Shown: piece by piece, positions 39,686-49,288 of the stretch
Position numbering within the stretch: the first letter of the stretch is position 1
How the letters are laid out: each line of letters opens with the position of its first letter
Origin: an uncultured Pelagibacteraceae bacterium
Lineage (GTDB): Bacteria; Pseudomonadota; Alphaproteobacteria; Pelagibacterales; Pelagibacteraceae
Assembly: GCA_902542855.1 (NCBI GenBank)
Contig: CACBWE010000002.1
Span: 118 to 64,117 of the forward strand
Direction of reading: 5' to 3'
DNA length: 64,000 bases
Notes under the pieces: model-generated
Database searches by the model: none
What the model was told of the DNA's origin: nothing
What the model saw: the letters and a program-made list of their open reading frames with translations, nothing else
Program-made: the position numbers and the translations under genes

Positions 39686-40825
39686 ATGATATTTGAAGCT
39701 TCAAGGGCTAAGGCCTTAAATCAATTAAATAATTTTGTTGAGAATAATCTTGGAGAATATTCAAAATTAAGAAATTTTGATTTTGGACCTGAAAAAAGAT
39801 CTAATATATCTTGCTTATCACCATATATAACTCATGGAATAATTAATGAACAAGAAGTCATTCAGAAAGCTCTAAGTAAATTTTCTTTTTCAAAAAATGA
39901 AAAGTTTATTCAAGAAGTTCTATGGCGAACTTATTGGAAAGGTTGGTTAGAACTTAGACCAAATGTTTGGACTGATTATCTTATCGAATTAAATCAAATC
40001 AAAAACGAATTAAAAGATAATAAAGATTATATTGCAGCAATCGAAGGAAAAACAAAAGTAAATTGCTTTAATGAGTGGGTGAAAGAGCTTAAAGAAAACA
40101 ATTATTTGCATAATCACACAAGAATGTGGTTTGCTAGTATTTGGATTTTTACTTTAGAATTGCCTTGGCAATTAGGTGCAGAATTTTTTATGCAACATCT
40201 TTATGATGGAGATGCTGCATCAAATACTCTTGGGTGGCGATGGGTTGCGGGTGTTCAAACTCAAGGAAAACATTACCTTGCAAGTGAATGGAATATTAAA
40301 AAATTCACTAACAATAGATTTCAAAATATAAAATTAAATGAAAATGCTCCTCCAAAAATATCTGAAAAATCTTATCAAATAATTAAACAGGATTTCAATA
40401 ACCCACAAAAGATTGAGAATAAGAATCTTTTAATTTTTGAAAATAATCTCTCGTTTGAAATCACTGACTTTAAGGAAAACAATTTTAAAAAAATTTACTT
40501 AGTCTCTAATAAAAATGAAAATAGAACAATAAAACTCAGTGAAAAGTTAGTGAAATTTAAATCTCATTTAATAGAAGACCAAGTACAGAGATTAAAAAAT
40601 CAATCTATTGATTGTCAAATTATAGATATAAGTGAATTAACAAATATTGAAAATTATTACGGTTTGTATCCAACAGTAGGTGAAAATTTAGATTTTTTAA
40701 ATTCTAATAATTTAAAGATAGATTTTTTATATAGAAATCTTGATCAATTAGCTTGGCAATACTGTAATAAAGGTTTTTTTAATTTTAAAAATTATATCCC
40801 TAAAATAGTTTCAAGCTTTAATTAA
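39686..40825 (+). CDS. Short DNA photolyase with N-terminal FAD domain (NewPHL-type)
   Basis: YSKLRNFD, LSPYITHG, LHNHTRMWFASIW and DGDAASNTLGWRWVAG all lie in the N-terminal ~200 aa. Confidence 0.85.
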   Translation: MIFEASRAKALNQLNNFVENNLGEYSKLRNFDFGPEKRSNISCLSPYITHGIINEQEVIQKALSKFSFSKNEKFIQEVLWRTYWKGWLELRPNVWTDYLIELNQIKNELKDNKDYIAAIEGKTKVNCFNEWVKELKENNYLHNHTRMWFASIWIFTLELPWQLGAEFFMQHLYDGDAASNTLGWRWVAGVQTQGKHYLASEWNIKKFTNNRFQNIKLNENAPPKISEKSYQIIKQDFNNPQKIENKNLLIFENNLSFEITDFKENNFKKIYLVSNKNENRTIKLSEKLVKFKSHLIEDQVQRLKNQSIDCQIIDISELTNIENYYGLYPTVGENLDFLNSNNLKIDFLYRNLDQLAWQYCNKGFFNFKNYIPKIVSSFN

Positions 40826-41043
40826 AACCAACGAACCATTCCAATAATTCCAGCGGTTGCATAAAAAAATTGCAAAAATAAAATTCCTTTATGACCACCT
40901 CTATAGGCCCAAATTCCAATTAAAATGGCTGACAATAACAGTAAACAAAAACCAAAAAATTCTATTCCTATGTTTAAAGCAACAAACAAAGAATACAATA
41001 TTGCAGTTATAACCCCTGCCCATTCAAAAATTTTATTATTCAT
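40822..41043 (-). CDS. Small three-TM membrane protein
   Basis: 73-aa hydrophobic ORF coupled to the GATase gene. Confidence 0.75.
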   Translation of the reverse strand: MNNKIFEWAGVITAILYSLFVALNIGIEFFGFCLLLLSAILIGIWAYRGGHKGILFLQFFYATAGIIGMVRWF

Positions 41044-41759
41044 AAAAGTTTTTTAAAATTATTATAAAGGATTGTAGAGTAGTTATTCATATCTTTCATG
41101 TTATCTTTTGCAGATTGATCAAACTTTTCTAATGCACCATTACCAAGCTGATCTTCCAAAGCTTTTTTGTATTCCGGTACACATCCCCACTCATTGACTG
41201 TAGTATCTTTTATTTCTATATGAAATTGAATTCCATAAGCATGGTTTTGATATTTAAAGATTTGATACTTGGTAATTGGGGAGGAAGCTAATAAAGTTAC
41301 ATCATTATTATTTTCAATACCTTGAACCTCATAAGAGTGCCATTGCAAACTTTTAATTGTATTAGGAAATTTTGAAAATAATTTATCTTCATCTTTTTCA
41401 TTAGAGAAATTAATATCCATAATTCCTATTTCTGCTGGTTTAGATTTAACTACTTTTCCGCCCACCACTTCTCCTAAAAGCTGACAACCTAAACAAAAAC
41501 CTAAATAAGGTTTTTTTAGATTAACAACAAATTCTTTAATTGCTTTCTTTTCTTCTATTAACCAAGGATATTCTTGTTCCATATAGGTATCCATTGGACC
41601 TCCCATGCAAAACATTCCATCAAATTTACCTAAATCCTTTGGTATTTTTTCACCTTCATCTAATTCAATAGTGGTGAGCTTAAATCCATCAGCCAGCATT
41701 AAATCTTTAATGTAACCTGGATCTTCTATTTTGATATGTTGTAATACTATTATGTTCAC
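41040..41759 (-). CDS. Class I glutamine amidotransferase-like protein
   Basis: MGGPM, GFCLGCQLL, QWHS, IQFHIE (Cys-His-Glu triad). Confidence 0.9.
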   Translation of the reverse strand: MNIIVLQHIKIEDPGYIKDLMLADGFKLTTIELDEGEKIPKDLGKFDGMFCMGGPMDTYMEQEYPWLIEEKKAIKEFVVNLKKPYLGFCLGCQLLGEVVGGKVVKSKPAEIGIMDINFSNEKDEDKLFSKFPNTIKSLQWHSYEVQGIENNNDVTLLASSPITKYQIFKYQNHAYGIQFHIEIKDTTVNEWGCVPEYKKALEDQLGNGALEKFDQSAKDNMKDMNNYSTILYNNFKKLL

Positions 41760-41764
41760 TAAGT

Positions 41765-41893
41765 TTAGCTTAGCTTAGAACACTTCTTTGAACAATATTT
41801 TACTCTCTCCCAGTTCAACTTCCATTTTTTGCGCCAAGTAAATGGTCTTTTACAAATTGGACAAGTTTTGGTTGGTAAATTTTCTTTTTTCAT
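41765..41893 (-). CDS. DUF2256-family small Cys protein (42 aa, absent from the ORF track)
   Basis: [42 protein letters not shown]; its ATG overlaps the photolyase stop. Confidence 0.9.
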   Translation of the reverse strand: MKKENLPTKTCPICKRPFTWRKKWKLNWERVKYCSKKCSKLS

Positions 41894-43383
41894 CAAATTG
41901 TATTTTGTTTTATAAATTTATCAGCTTCTGATAAAATTAATTTTTTTCTTTCAGATTTCATTTTATCAAATATCCTTACCATCATAGATAGACGAGGATT
42001 TTTTAAAAAAAATTTTCTGTTTCGGTCTATGAACCTCCAATAAAGGCCATCCATTGTGTTACACCACTCTCCTTTTTTAAAATCCATCATTTTCATAAAA
42101 TATGCTGATCCACAAATATAAGGTTTTGTTGCAAAAATTCCTCCATCACTAAACAATCCCATTCCATAAACATTAGGAACCATTACCCAATCTGAGGAAT
42201 CCACAAACATTTCCATGAACCATTTGTAAACAATTGTTGGCTTGATTTCACAAAGGTTCATAATATTTGACAAGATCATTAATCTTTCAATATGATGTGA
42301 CCAACCATGATTAACGGCATTTTTAATTGCATAATCCAAAGGTGGAAGACCAGTGGTTCCATCGTACCAAGAATTTTTCATTTTTCTATTTTGTTTGAAA
42401 AAATTTCCAGTTTCCATTTCTTGAGAGTATGACTGATAAATTCCTCGCATAAATTCTCGCCAACCAATCACTTGACGAATGTAACCCTCTAAAGAATTCA
42501 TTCTAATTTTATTTTTCTTGTGAAAGTCTAAAACTTTTTGGACAACAAATTCAGGGGTTATTAAACCTAAATTTATGTAAGGACTTAATGCACTATGGAA
42601 CAGGATATTATCTTTTTGATCAACTGCATCCTCATAATCACCAAAAAGATTAGATTTTTCTTTTATAAAAAAATTCAATAGTTTAACTACATCTTCATAT
42701 TCCGTTGCAAACCAAAAATTATTTGTACTCCCTGGGTGATTTTTAAATTCCTTTTCAATAATAGGCTTTAATTTTTTTGTATGACTGGTTACATTTATTT
42801 TTGGAAATTTAGGAATTGAAATATTTTTAGGTAATTTATTTCTATTATCTTCATCAAAGCTCCATTTCCCCCCGATTGGATCACCATCTGACCCCATCAA
42901 TATTCCAGATTTTTTTCTAACATCTTTGTAGAAAGTTGCCATAAAAGGTTTTTTTGATTTTGATAAATAATTTTTAAATTCAGCTCTTGAATTTAAGAAC
43001 ATAGGAGTTTGAATAACATTCCAGTGTATGTTTTCTTTTTTTAAAAATTGTGAAATTTTTTTTTCAAAAAATTTATCTTCTACTTCAAAACTTGAAATTT
43101 CTTTTACTTTTTTTTGTGTAATTATTTTTTTTAATTTTTTTAAATAATCTTCATTAAATTCTTTATCTTCGATTTTAAAGTAATCTAATTTAAATTTGTT
43201 TTTTCTTAATCCGTCTGCATAAGAACGCATTGAAGATAAAAATAATAAAATTTTTTGTTTATGATGCTTTTCATAAGTGCATAAACCCTTATCTTCAGCC
43301 ATAAAAAATAGGTGGTCTTTTTTGAAGCGGTCTAGGTATTTTATTGGAAATAATTGATTACCAAGTATAAAAAATAACTTCAT
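41893..43383 (-). CDS. Bacterial (6-4) photolyase/cryptochrome (PhrB/CryPro family), FeS-less type
   Basis: [62 protein letters not shown]. Confidence 0.9.
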   Translation of the reverse strand: MKLFFILGNQLFPIKYLDRFKKDHLFFMAEDKGLCTYEKHHKQKILLFLSSMRSYADGLRKNKFKLDYFKIEDKEFNEDYLKKLKKIITQKKVKEISSFEVEDKFFEKKISQFLKKENIHWNVIQTPMFLNSRAEFKNYLSKSKKPFMATFYKDVRKKSGILMGSDGDPIGGKWSFDEDNRNKLPKNISIPKFPKINVTSHTKKLKPIIEKEFKNHPGSTNNFWFATEYEDVVKLLNFFIKEKSNLFGDYEDAVDQKDNILFHSALSPYINLGLITPEFVVQKVLDFHKKNKIRMNSLEGYIRQVIGWREFMRGIYQSYSQEMETGNFFKQNRKMKNSWYDGTTGLPPLDYAIKNAVNHGWSHHIERLMILSNIMNLCEIKPTIVYKWFMEMFVDSSDWVMVPNVYGMGLFSDGGIFATKPYICGSAYFMKMMDFKKGEWCNTMDGLYWRFIDRNRKFFLKNPRLSMMVRIFDKMKSERKKLILSEADKFIKQNTI

Positions 43384-43410
43384 AGTTAAATATAACTAAT
43401 AAAATTTTTT

Positions 43411-44121
43411 ATGTCAGAAAAATATGTAATTTTTGGTGCGACAGGTTCTATTGGGTCAAGTTTAGCAGAACAATTAAAAAACTCTGGAAACGATATTCAT
43501 TTAGTTGGAAGAAATGAAAGTGAACTTAGTTCTGTCTCTGAAAAACTTGGATGCTCACATACCGTTGTAGATGTTTTAGAGGATGGGTTTATAGAAAAAG
43601 TTAAATCAGATATTTCTGAAATTAAAGGCCTAGCTTATTGTGTTGGTTCAATTGATTTGAAACCATTAAGAATGGTAAATGAACAAGACTTTCAGAAATG
43701 CATGAAACTTAATCTTTATTCTGCTGTAGAAGCTATTAAAGGATTTCAAGAAAGTTTAAAAAAAAATAAAGGTTCGATAGTATTATTTTCGACCGTTGCT
43801 GCCCAAAGAGGTTTTACTAACCATGCAATCATAGCCTCAGCAAAAGCTGCTGTTGAAGGATTGACGGTTTCTCTTGCAGCAGAATTTGCTCCGAACATAA
43901 GAGTAAATTGTGTGGCACCAAGTTTAACAAAATCTAAAATAGCAGAACCAATGTTAAAAAATACTGCTATAGCCGAAGGTATTGCAAAAGCACACCCCCT
44001 TAAAAGATTAGGCGAAGGTAAAGACTCTGCTGCTCTTGCTAAATACTTGCTAACAGAGGATAGTTCTTGGGTTACAGGCCAAATAATTGCTGTAGATGGT
44101 GGTAGATCTAAACTTTCATAA
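43411..44121 (+). CDS. Short-chain dehydrogenase/reductase
   Basis: GATGSIG, IASAK in place of YxxxK, IRVNCVAP, TGQIIAVDGG. Confidence 0.9.
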   Translation: MSEKYVIFGATGSIGSSLAEQLKNSGNDIHLVGRNESELSSVSEKLGCSHTVVDVLEDGFIEKVKSDISEIKGLAYCVGSIDLKPLRMVNEQDFQKCMKLNLYSAVEAIKGFQESLKKNKGSIVLFSTVAAQRGFTNHAIIASAKAAVEGLTVSLAAEFAPNIRVNCVAPSLTKSKIAEPMLKNTAIAEGIAKAHPLKRLGEGKDSAALAKYLLTEDSSWVTGQIIAVDGGRSKLS

Positions 44122-44122
44122 A

Positions 44123-45190
44123 GTGATCAAATATTTTTTATCGATATTTTTCTTTTTACTATTTTCATCGAAAAGTTTTTCTGAAAATTTTACTTTTAAA
44201 AAATTGACAGATTTAAATGACCCATGGGGATCATCTTTTATAAATAATGAAGAAATTATTATCACTGAAAAAACTGGAAAAATAAAAATAGTAAATATTA
44301 TTTCTGAAGAAGTTTATGAAGTTGAACATAACTTAAATTATTTTGTACATGGACAAGGAGGTTTATTAGATATTATTTACCAAGATAATTACTTATGGAT
44401 TTCTTATTCAGAAAATAGAGGGGATTGGAAAACCAGTACATCAATTGCAAAAGCTGAATTAAATAAAAAAAATTTAGATTTTAAAAATATATTTCAAGCT
44501 GAACCACCAATAGAATCTGGTTATCATTTTGGTTCTAGACTGGCTATTAAAGACAATTATCTTTTTGCATCTGCTGGTGAAAGAGGTGGGGGTATGATTG
44601 CTCAAGATCCGACAAATCATCCTGGAAGTATTATCAGAATTTATTTAGATGGAAGTATTCCAAAAGATAACCCTAAGTTTGATGGTAAGTCAGATTGGTT
44701 ACCAGAAATTTATCAAATTGGTGTTCGTAATCCTCAAGGTCTAACCTATTCCCCTTTTGATGGAAAAATTTATGCAAGCAACCACGGTGCAAAAGGTGGT
44801 GATTGGTTTGGTGAAGTAAAAAAGGGGGAGAATTATGGTTGGAAAATTTTAGGTTGGGGTGGAACAAATTATTCAGGCTCAAAGATTGGACCTAAATGGA
44901 AACCAGGCTTTACCAAAGCAATCCAATACTGGGTACCTTCAATAGCAGCAAGTGCTATAACTATTTATAAAGGAAAAGAATTTAGTGAATGGAATGGCGA
45001 AGCGTTAATTACTTCTTTAAAAGATAAATCAATGAGAAAATTAAACTTTAAAAATTCATCTAAGATTGAAGAAACAATTATATTCAAAGATAAAATTGGA
45101 AGAATAAGAGATATACAAGTTCACCCAGTTAATGGAAAAATATATTTTCTTGCGGGAAACAGTTTATGGTTAATGGAGAAAAAAAAATAA
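44123..45190 (+). CDS. PQQ-dependent aldose sugar dehydrogenase (GSDH/YliI family)
   Basis: Signal peptide from GTG 44123, GQGGLLD, HFGSRL, GVRNPQG, GENYGW, GRIRD. Confidence 0.88.
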   Translation: MIKYFLSIFFFLLFSSKSFSENFTFKKLTDLNDPWGSSFINNEEIIITEKTGKIKIVNIISEEVYEVEHNLNYFVHGQGGLLDIIYQDNYLWISYSENRGDWKTSTSIAKAELNKKNLDFKNIFQAEPPIESGYHFGSRLAIKDNYLFASAGERGGGMIAQDPTNHPGSIIRIYLDGSIPKDNPKFDGKSDWLPEIYQIGVRNPQGLTYSPFDGKIYASNHGAKGGDWFGEVKKGENYGWKILGWGGTNYSGSKIGPKWKPGFTKAIQYWVPSIAASAITIYKGKEFSEWNGEALITSLKDKSMRKLNFKNSSKIEETIIFKDKIGRIRDIQVHPVNGKIYFLAGNSLWLMEKKK

Positions 45191-45191
45191 T

Positions 45192-46181
45192 ATGAAAGAA
45201 AGACCTTATCATCATTTACCTGATGGTACTTTCAGGAATCCAAAAGGATCTCCAGTAATAATATCCAGATCAGGAAAATTTTCTTATAGAACTTTCAGTA
45301 AATTAAGAAAAAAAGTTGATTTATCTTATCCAAAAGAACATGTGATTGAAAAAGAAAAAGTATTAGCTGATTTAGAAAAATATAAAGATAATGATTATAT
45401 TGCTTGGATAGGTCACGCGACATATCTTATAAAATTAGGTGGAACTACAATTATAACAGATCCTGTATTTTCAAAGAATGCTGGACCACTAATCTTTGGT
45501 CCAAAAAGATTTACTGATCCTGCAATAAAATTAAATGAGATACCTAAAACGGATATATTTTTACTCACTCATAATCATTACGATCATCAGGACATGTCAA
45601 CAATTAGAAATTTTCCTTTCAAGAATGCAAAAGTATTAACACCTCTAAATCTTGGTAAATATTTTAAAGGATATAAAGATATAAATGAAATGGATTGGTA
45701 TGATCAAATAATTATAAATGAGGATTTGAAAATTTCTTTACTTCCTGCAGTTCATTGGTCAAAGAGAAGTTTAACGGACACTAATAAAACTTTGTGGGGT
45801 AATTTTTTAATAGAACATAAAAATAAAAAAATTTTATTTGCATGTGACACCGGATATGGGGAAGTCTACAAAGAACTAGGTGAAAAATATGGTCCTATAG
45901 ATTTGACAATGATTAATATTGGGGCTTATAATTTCAAACCAATGTTTGATAAAACTATTTATCATACTACACCTGAAGAAGCCTTGAATGTTGCACAGGA
46001 CCTAAAAAGTAAAAAAGTATTAGGAATGCATTGGGGAACATTTGTTTTGTCATTAGAGCCAATTATGGAACCACCAATTAGATTTAAAGATAGTGCTGAA
46101 ACATATGGTTTTAATAAAGAAGATGCTATTATTTTTAAAATTGGAGAAGTTAGTCCTTTAGATAAATTGTTACAGAGTTAA
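45192..46181 (+). CDS. MBL-fold hydrolase (NAPE-PLD/RomA-like)
   Basis: WIGHAT, TDPVFS, THNHYDH, HWSKR, DTGY, HWGTF. Confidence 0.9.
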   Translation: MKERPYHHLPDGTFRNPKGSPVIISRSGKFSYRTFSKLRKKVDLSYPKEHVIEKEKVLADLEKYKDNDYIAWIGHATYLIKLGGTTIITDPVFSKNAGPLIFGPKRFTDPAIKLNEIPKTDIFLLTHNHYDHQDMSTIRNFPFKNAKVLTPLNLGKYFKGYKDINEMDWYDQIIINEDLKISLLPAVHWSKRSLTDTNKTLWGNFLIEHKNKKILFACDTGYGEVYKELGEKYGPIDLTMINIGAYNFKPMFDKTIYHTTPEEALNVAQDLKSKKVLGMHWGTFVLSLEPIMEPPIRFKDSAETYGFNKEDAIIFKIGEVSPLDKLLQS

Positions 46182-47096
46182 ATACTTAATTGCAAAAAAT
46201 ATAGTCCCTATAGAAGCAATAGTAGAAACAAAAATTGCTTTAATTATATTTTCGGGACTTACATTATACGCTGCACATAAAACTATAGAAGTAACTCCGC
46301 AAGGCGCAACACTCACAAAGAAAGCACCTGGTATTTCAGATGGCAATCCTGCATTAAAAATCACTAATCCAATTAACAATAAAATTATGGGGGAAATGAC
46401 TAATTTTAAAATTGAAATAGAAACAGATAATTTATTAATTACATTTTTAGTATAAAACGAGAGAATTATGCCAATTGCAAACAATCCAACTGGTGAAACA
46501 CATGCTGCTAGTTTTGACAAAGTGTATTCAATCGGTGTTTGATCAATATTTAAATTTAATAATAAAAATAATAAACCTATAATTATTGAAAGAATAAATG
46601 GGTTTAAAAATAAATTTTTAATAAAATTAAATAAATTTACATTTTGTTTTGTAGATAATTCAAGAAAAAAAGCAATTATAGATAATAAAATTATCCCATC
46701 CATTAATATGATACTTGCAACTTGTGTAATTACATTTTGTTGAAAATAAATTTCTGTTATTGGCAAAAGCAAAGTCACATGGTTTGATAATGCAACTGTT
46801 AAAGCCCAAATTATTGACTCTGGGATTGATCTTTTAAAATATTTTGAAGTAATTAAGTAAGCGATAATTCCACATATCGATTGCATAATTAAATAAGAAA
46901 AAATTTGTTTGAAATCTACTTGCCCAATTTCATTTTGTGCTATTAGCTTAATAATCAATGCTGGGACCGCAATATAGAACAAGAAAAGATTTAAAATTTT
47001 AGCATGGCTAAGGTCTAAGACTTTTAACTTACCAAATACAAACCCTAAAAAAGTAATAAATATAAATGGAGTTAGTCCTAAAAAAATTGTGAACAT
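46170..47096 (-). CDS. AEC (auxin efflux carrier) family transporter
   Basis: ~10 TMs, IAVPAL, LNPFILS, LKLVISP, APCG. Confidence 0.85.
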   Translation of the reverse strand: MFTIFLGLTPFIFITFLGFVFGKLKVLDLSHAKILNLFLFYIAVPALIIKLIAQNEIGQVDFKQIFSYLIMQSICGIIAYLITSKYFKRSIPESIIWALTVALSNHVTLLLPITEIYFQQNVITQVASIILMDGIILLSIIAFFLELSTKQNVNLFNFIKNLFLNPFILSIIIGLLFLLLNLNIDQTPIEYTLSKLAACVSPVGLFAIGIILSFYTKNVINKLSVSISILKLVISPIILLLIGLVIFNAGLPSEIPGAFFVSVAPCGVTSIVLCAAYNVSPENIIKAIFVSTIASIGTIFFAIKYLTL

Positions 47097-47099
47097 AAA

Positions 47100-47891
47100 T
47101 TATTTGATTGTTATTCTATGCATTATTCTATTTCCTTTGAACGGTGTTGCTTGATGAAGCATAGATCTATTATCCCATATAGCCAATTGATTTTTTTCCC
47201 AAGGCAATGAAAATTGAAACTTCTTCTTAATTTGATGGTTAAATAAAAATTTTTTTAACTTTTCTTGATTTTTTATCTTTGAGCTAAAACCAACAAAATG
47301 TCCTGGACTGCAATAAATAGAATAATTTGTGCTGATTTTCCTAATTATTTTATGTGAAGATTTAAGTTCTTTAATATTTTTTCCTTTTTCTTTTACTCTT
47401 TCTTTTGTTGTAACCGAGATTGGACCCTCAGAGGAATATTTACCTTTAATATTTTTAAATTTTCTTTTTATTGGACTTGGTAATTCTTTATAAGCAAGAT
47501 ATTGAGAACAAAATTCTGTATTAGCTTTTCCTTTTTTTGGCACAAGTTTAGAAAGCAACATTGTAAATCTTGGTGGTTTTTTTGTATAAATCGAGTCTGT
47601 ATGAAATTGTTCACCAAAACTTGGTCCTTTATCAGTTGATTTTCTTTGCACTACAGTAATTTGAGGAAATTTTTTATTTAAACCTTTTAGTCTTGGATAG
47701 TTGGCTAATTTTCCAAAATATTTCGCAAACTGAATATAAAATTTAGAAGTTAATTCTTGTTGTTTAAAATACAACATTCCATATTTATTCAGTGCTTTCT
47801 TAATTTTTAAAATATCTTTATTCGTAATATCTTTTAAATTTACAATTATTTCTGCTCCAATATTTTTTTTATTTGGAATTATTTTTAACAT
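47100..47891 (-). CDS. TauD/TfdA family Fe(II)/2-oxoglutarate dioxygenase
   Basis: IGAEI, FHTD (HxD), TEF, WDNRSMLH, RIMHRITI. Confidence 0.9.
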   Translation of the reverse strand: MLKIIPNKKNIGAEIIVNLKDITNKDILKIKKALNKYGMLYFKQQELTSKFYIQFAKYFGKLANYPRLKGLNKKFPQITVVQRKSTDKGPSFGEQFHTDSIYTKKPPRFTMLLSKLVPKKGKANTEFCSQYLAYKELPSPIKRKFKNIKGKYSSEGPISVTTKERVKEKGKNIKELKSSHKIIRKISTNYSIYCSPGHFVGFSSKIKNQEKLKKFLFNHQIKKKFQFSLPWEKNQLAIWDNRSMLHQATPFKGNRIMHRITIK

Positions 47892-48756
47892 TTTTTAAAA
47901 AAAATTTTTTTAAGTGATTAATCGTTTGTTTAGGACTCTCCTCTGGAATGAAATGATCTGAATTAATTTCTGATCCATAAACTTTTTTGTTTGTGTATTT
48001 TTGCCAAATTTTAACTGATTTAAATTGCGTTCCAACAACTCCCTTTTTGCCCCACAAAACTTGTATAGGAATGTTTAATTTTTTTTTTCTGTCTTTTTTG
48101 TCATGCTCTAAATCTATAGTAGCCGCAGCCCTATAATCCTCACAAGTTGCATGAATTCTTTTTTTTTGTTTAAAGGCTCTAAAATATTCATCTTCAACTT
48201 TTCCAATCGCACGTTTTGATGACCTATTAAAACGACTTTTTAACCATCTTTTAGGATCTGCCATTATCATTTTCTCTGGTAAAGGTGCTGGCTGTATTAA
48301 ATAAAACCAGTGAAAATATCCTTTTGCAAATTTCACATCAGTATGCTCGTACATATCTAGAGTTGGACAAATATCTAATACACTTAAAGCCATAATCTTA
48401 TTTCTATAATCTCTTGCCATTCTATGTGCAACTCTCCCGCCTCTATCATGTCCAGCAACAAAAAATTTTTTAAAATTTAATTTACTCATCAATTGAACCA
48501 TATCTTTAGCCATTTCTCTTTTAGAATAATTTTTATGATTAGTACCACCAGGTAAAACTAAACTATCTCCATATCCTCTAAGGTCAGCAACTATTACTGT
48601 GAAATATTTACTAAGCTCAGGGGCAGTCTTGTGCCACATCACATGTGTTTGGGGATATCCATGAAGTAATAATAAGGGGGGACCGTTACCTTTAAATCTA
48701 CAAAAAATTTTACCCTTGCTTACTTTAACAAATTTTTTTTTAAAACCATTAAACAT
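47869..48756 (-). CDS. Haloacetate/fluoroacetate dehalogenase-like alpha/beta hydrolase
   Basis: LHGYPQTHVMW, YSKREMA, GHDRGGRV, YFHWFY, CEDYRA, HFIPEE. Confidence 0.85.
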   Translation of the reverse strand: MFNGFKKKFVKVSKGKIFCRFKGNGPPLLLLHGYPQTHVMWHKTAPELSKYFTVIVADLRGYGDSLVLPGGTNHKNYSKREMAKDMVQLMSKLNFKKFFVAGHDRGGRVAHRMARDYRNKIMALSVLDICPTLDMYEHTDVKFAKGYFHWFYLIQPAPLPEKMIMADPKRWLKSRFNRSSKRAIGKVEDEYFRAFKQKKRIHATCEDYRAAATIDLEHDKKDRKKKLNIPIQVLWGKKGVVGTQFKSVKIWQKYTNKKVYGSEINSDHFIPEESPKQTINHLKKFFLKNVKNNSK

Positions 48757-48767
48757 GATTAAACTAT

Positions 48768-49043
48768 TTAATTATTTAATAGTTTATTTTTTGCCTTTTC
48801 AAATTCCTCTTGAGAAATAATTCCTTTCTCTTTTAAATCATTCAATTTAGTAAGTTCATCACTTAAATTGCTAGTTTGTTCATCAGAAGTTTCGCTTGTC
48901 TCCCTACCCTCACTTTCAGCTTCCTCTTTTTCAGCTCTATTAGCTTCCTTAGATTTAAAACCATTCATTATTGCCATTCCACCTAAGTATAAAACATAAG
49001 CCATAATAGGAATAACCAATCCAAAAAAAATTATTTTTTCCAT
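48768..49043 (-). CDS. SHOCT-domain membrane protein
   Basis: N-terminal TM and ELTKLNDLKEKGIISQEEFEKAKNKLL. Confidence 0.85.
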   Translation of the reverse strand: MEKIIFFGLVIPIMAYVLYLGGMAIMNGFKSKEANRAEKEEAESEGRETSETSDEQTSNLSDELTKLNDLKEKGIISQEEFEKAKNKLLNN

Positions 49044-49046
49044 AAT

Positions 49047-49250
49047 TTAATCTTCATCCTCTTCACGCCAGTTTTTTTCATACATCAAATATGCAGCATA
49101 AATCACTGATATTGTGCCTACAATCATACCATAATCAAAACCAGTTTGCATGTCATGCAAATACCAACCTAGCTGGGTTGCTCCAATAGGTGGAACAGTA
49201 AGAAGTAAAAAAATTATTCCAAATCTGTAAGGTCGCTTAGGTTTTTTCAT
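49047..49250 (-). CDS. Small two-TM hypothetical protein
   Basis: 67-aa ORF co-oriented with its neighbours, with an AGG RBS-like sequence. Confidence 0.65.
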   Translation of the reverse strand: MKKPKRPYRFGIIFLLLTVPPIGATQLGWYLHDMQTGFDYGMIVGTISVIYAAYLMYEKNWREEDED

Positions 49251-49288
49251 CCTAATAAACTAACAGATTACATCTTGGGGTTTAATTA

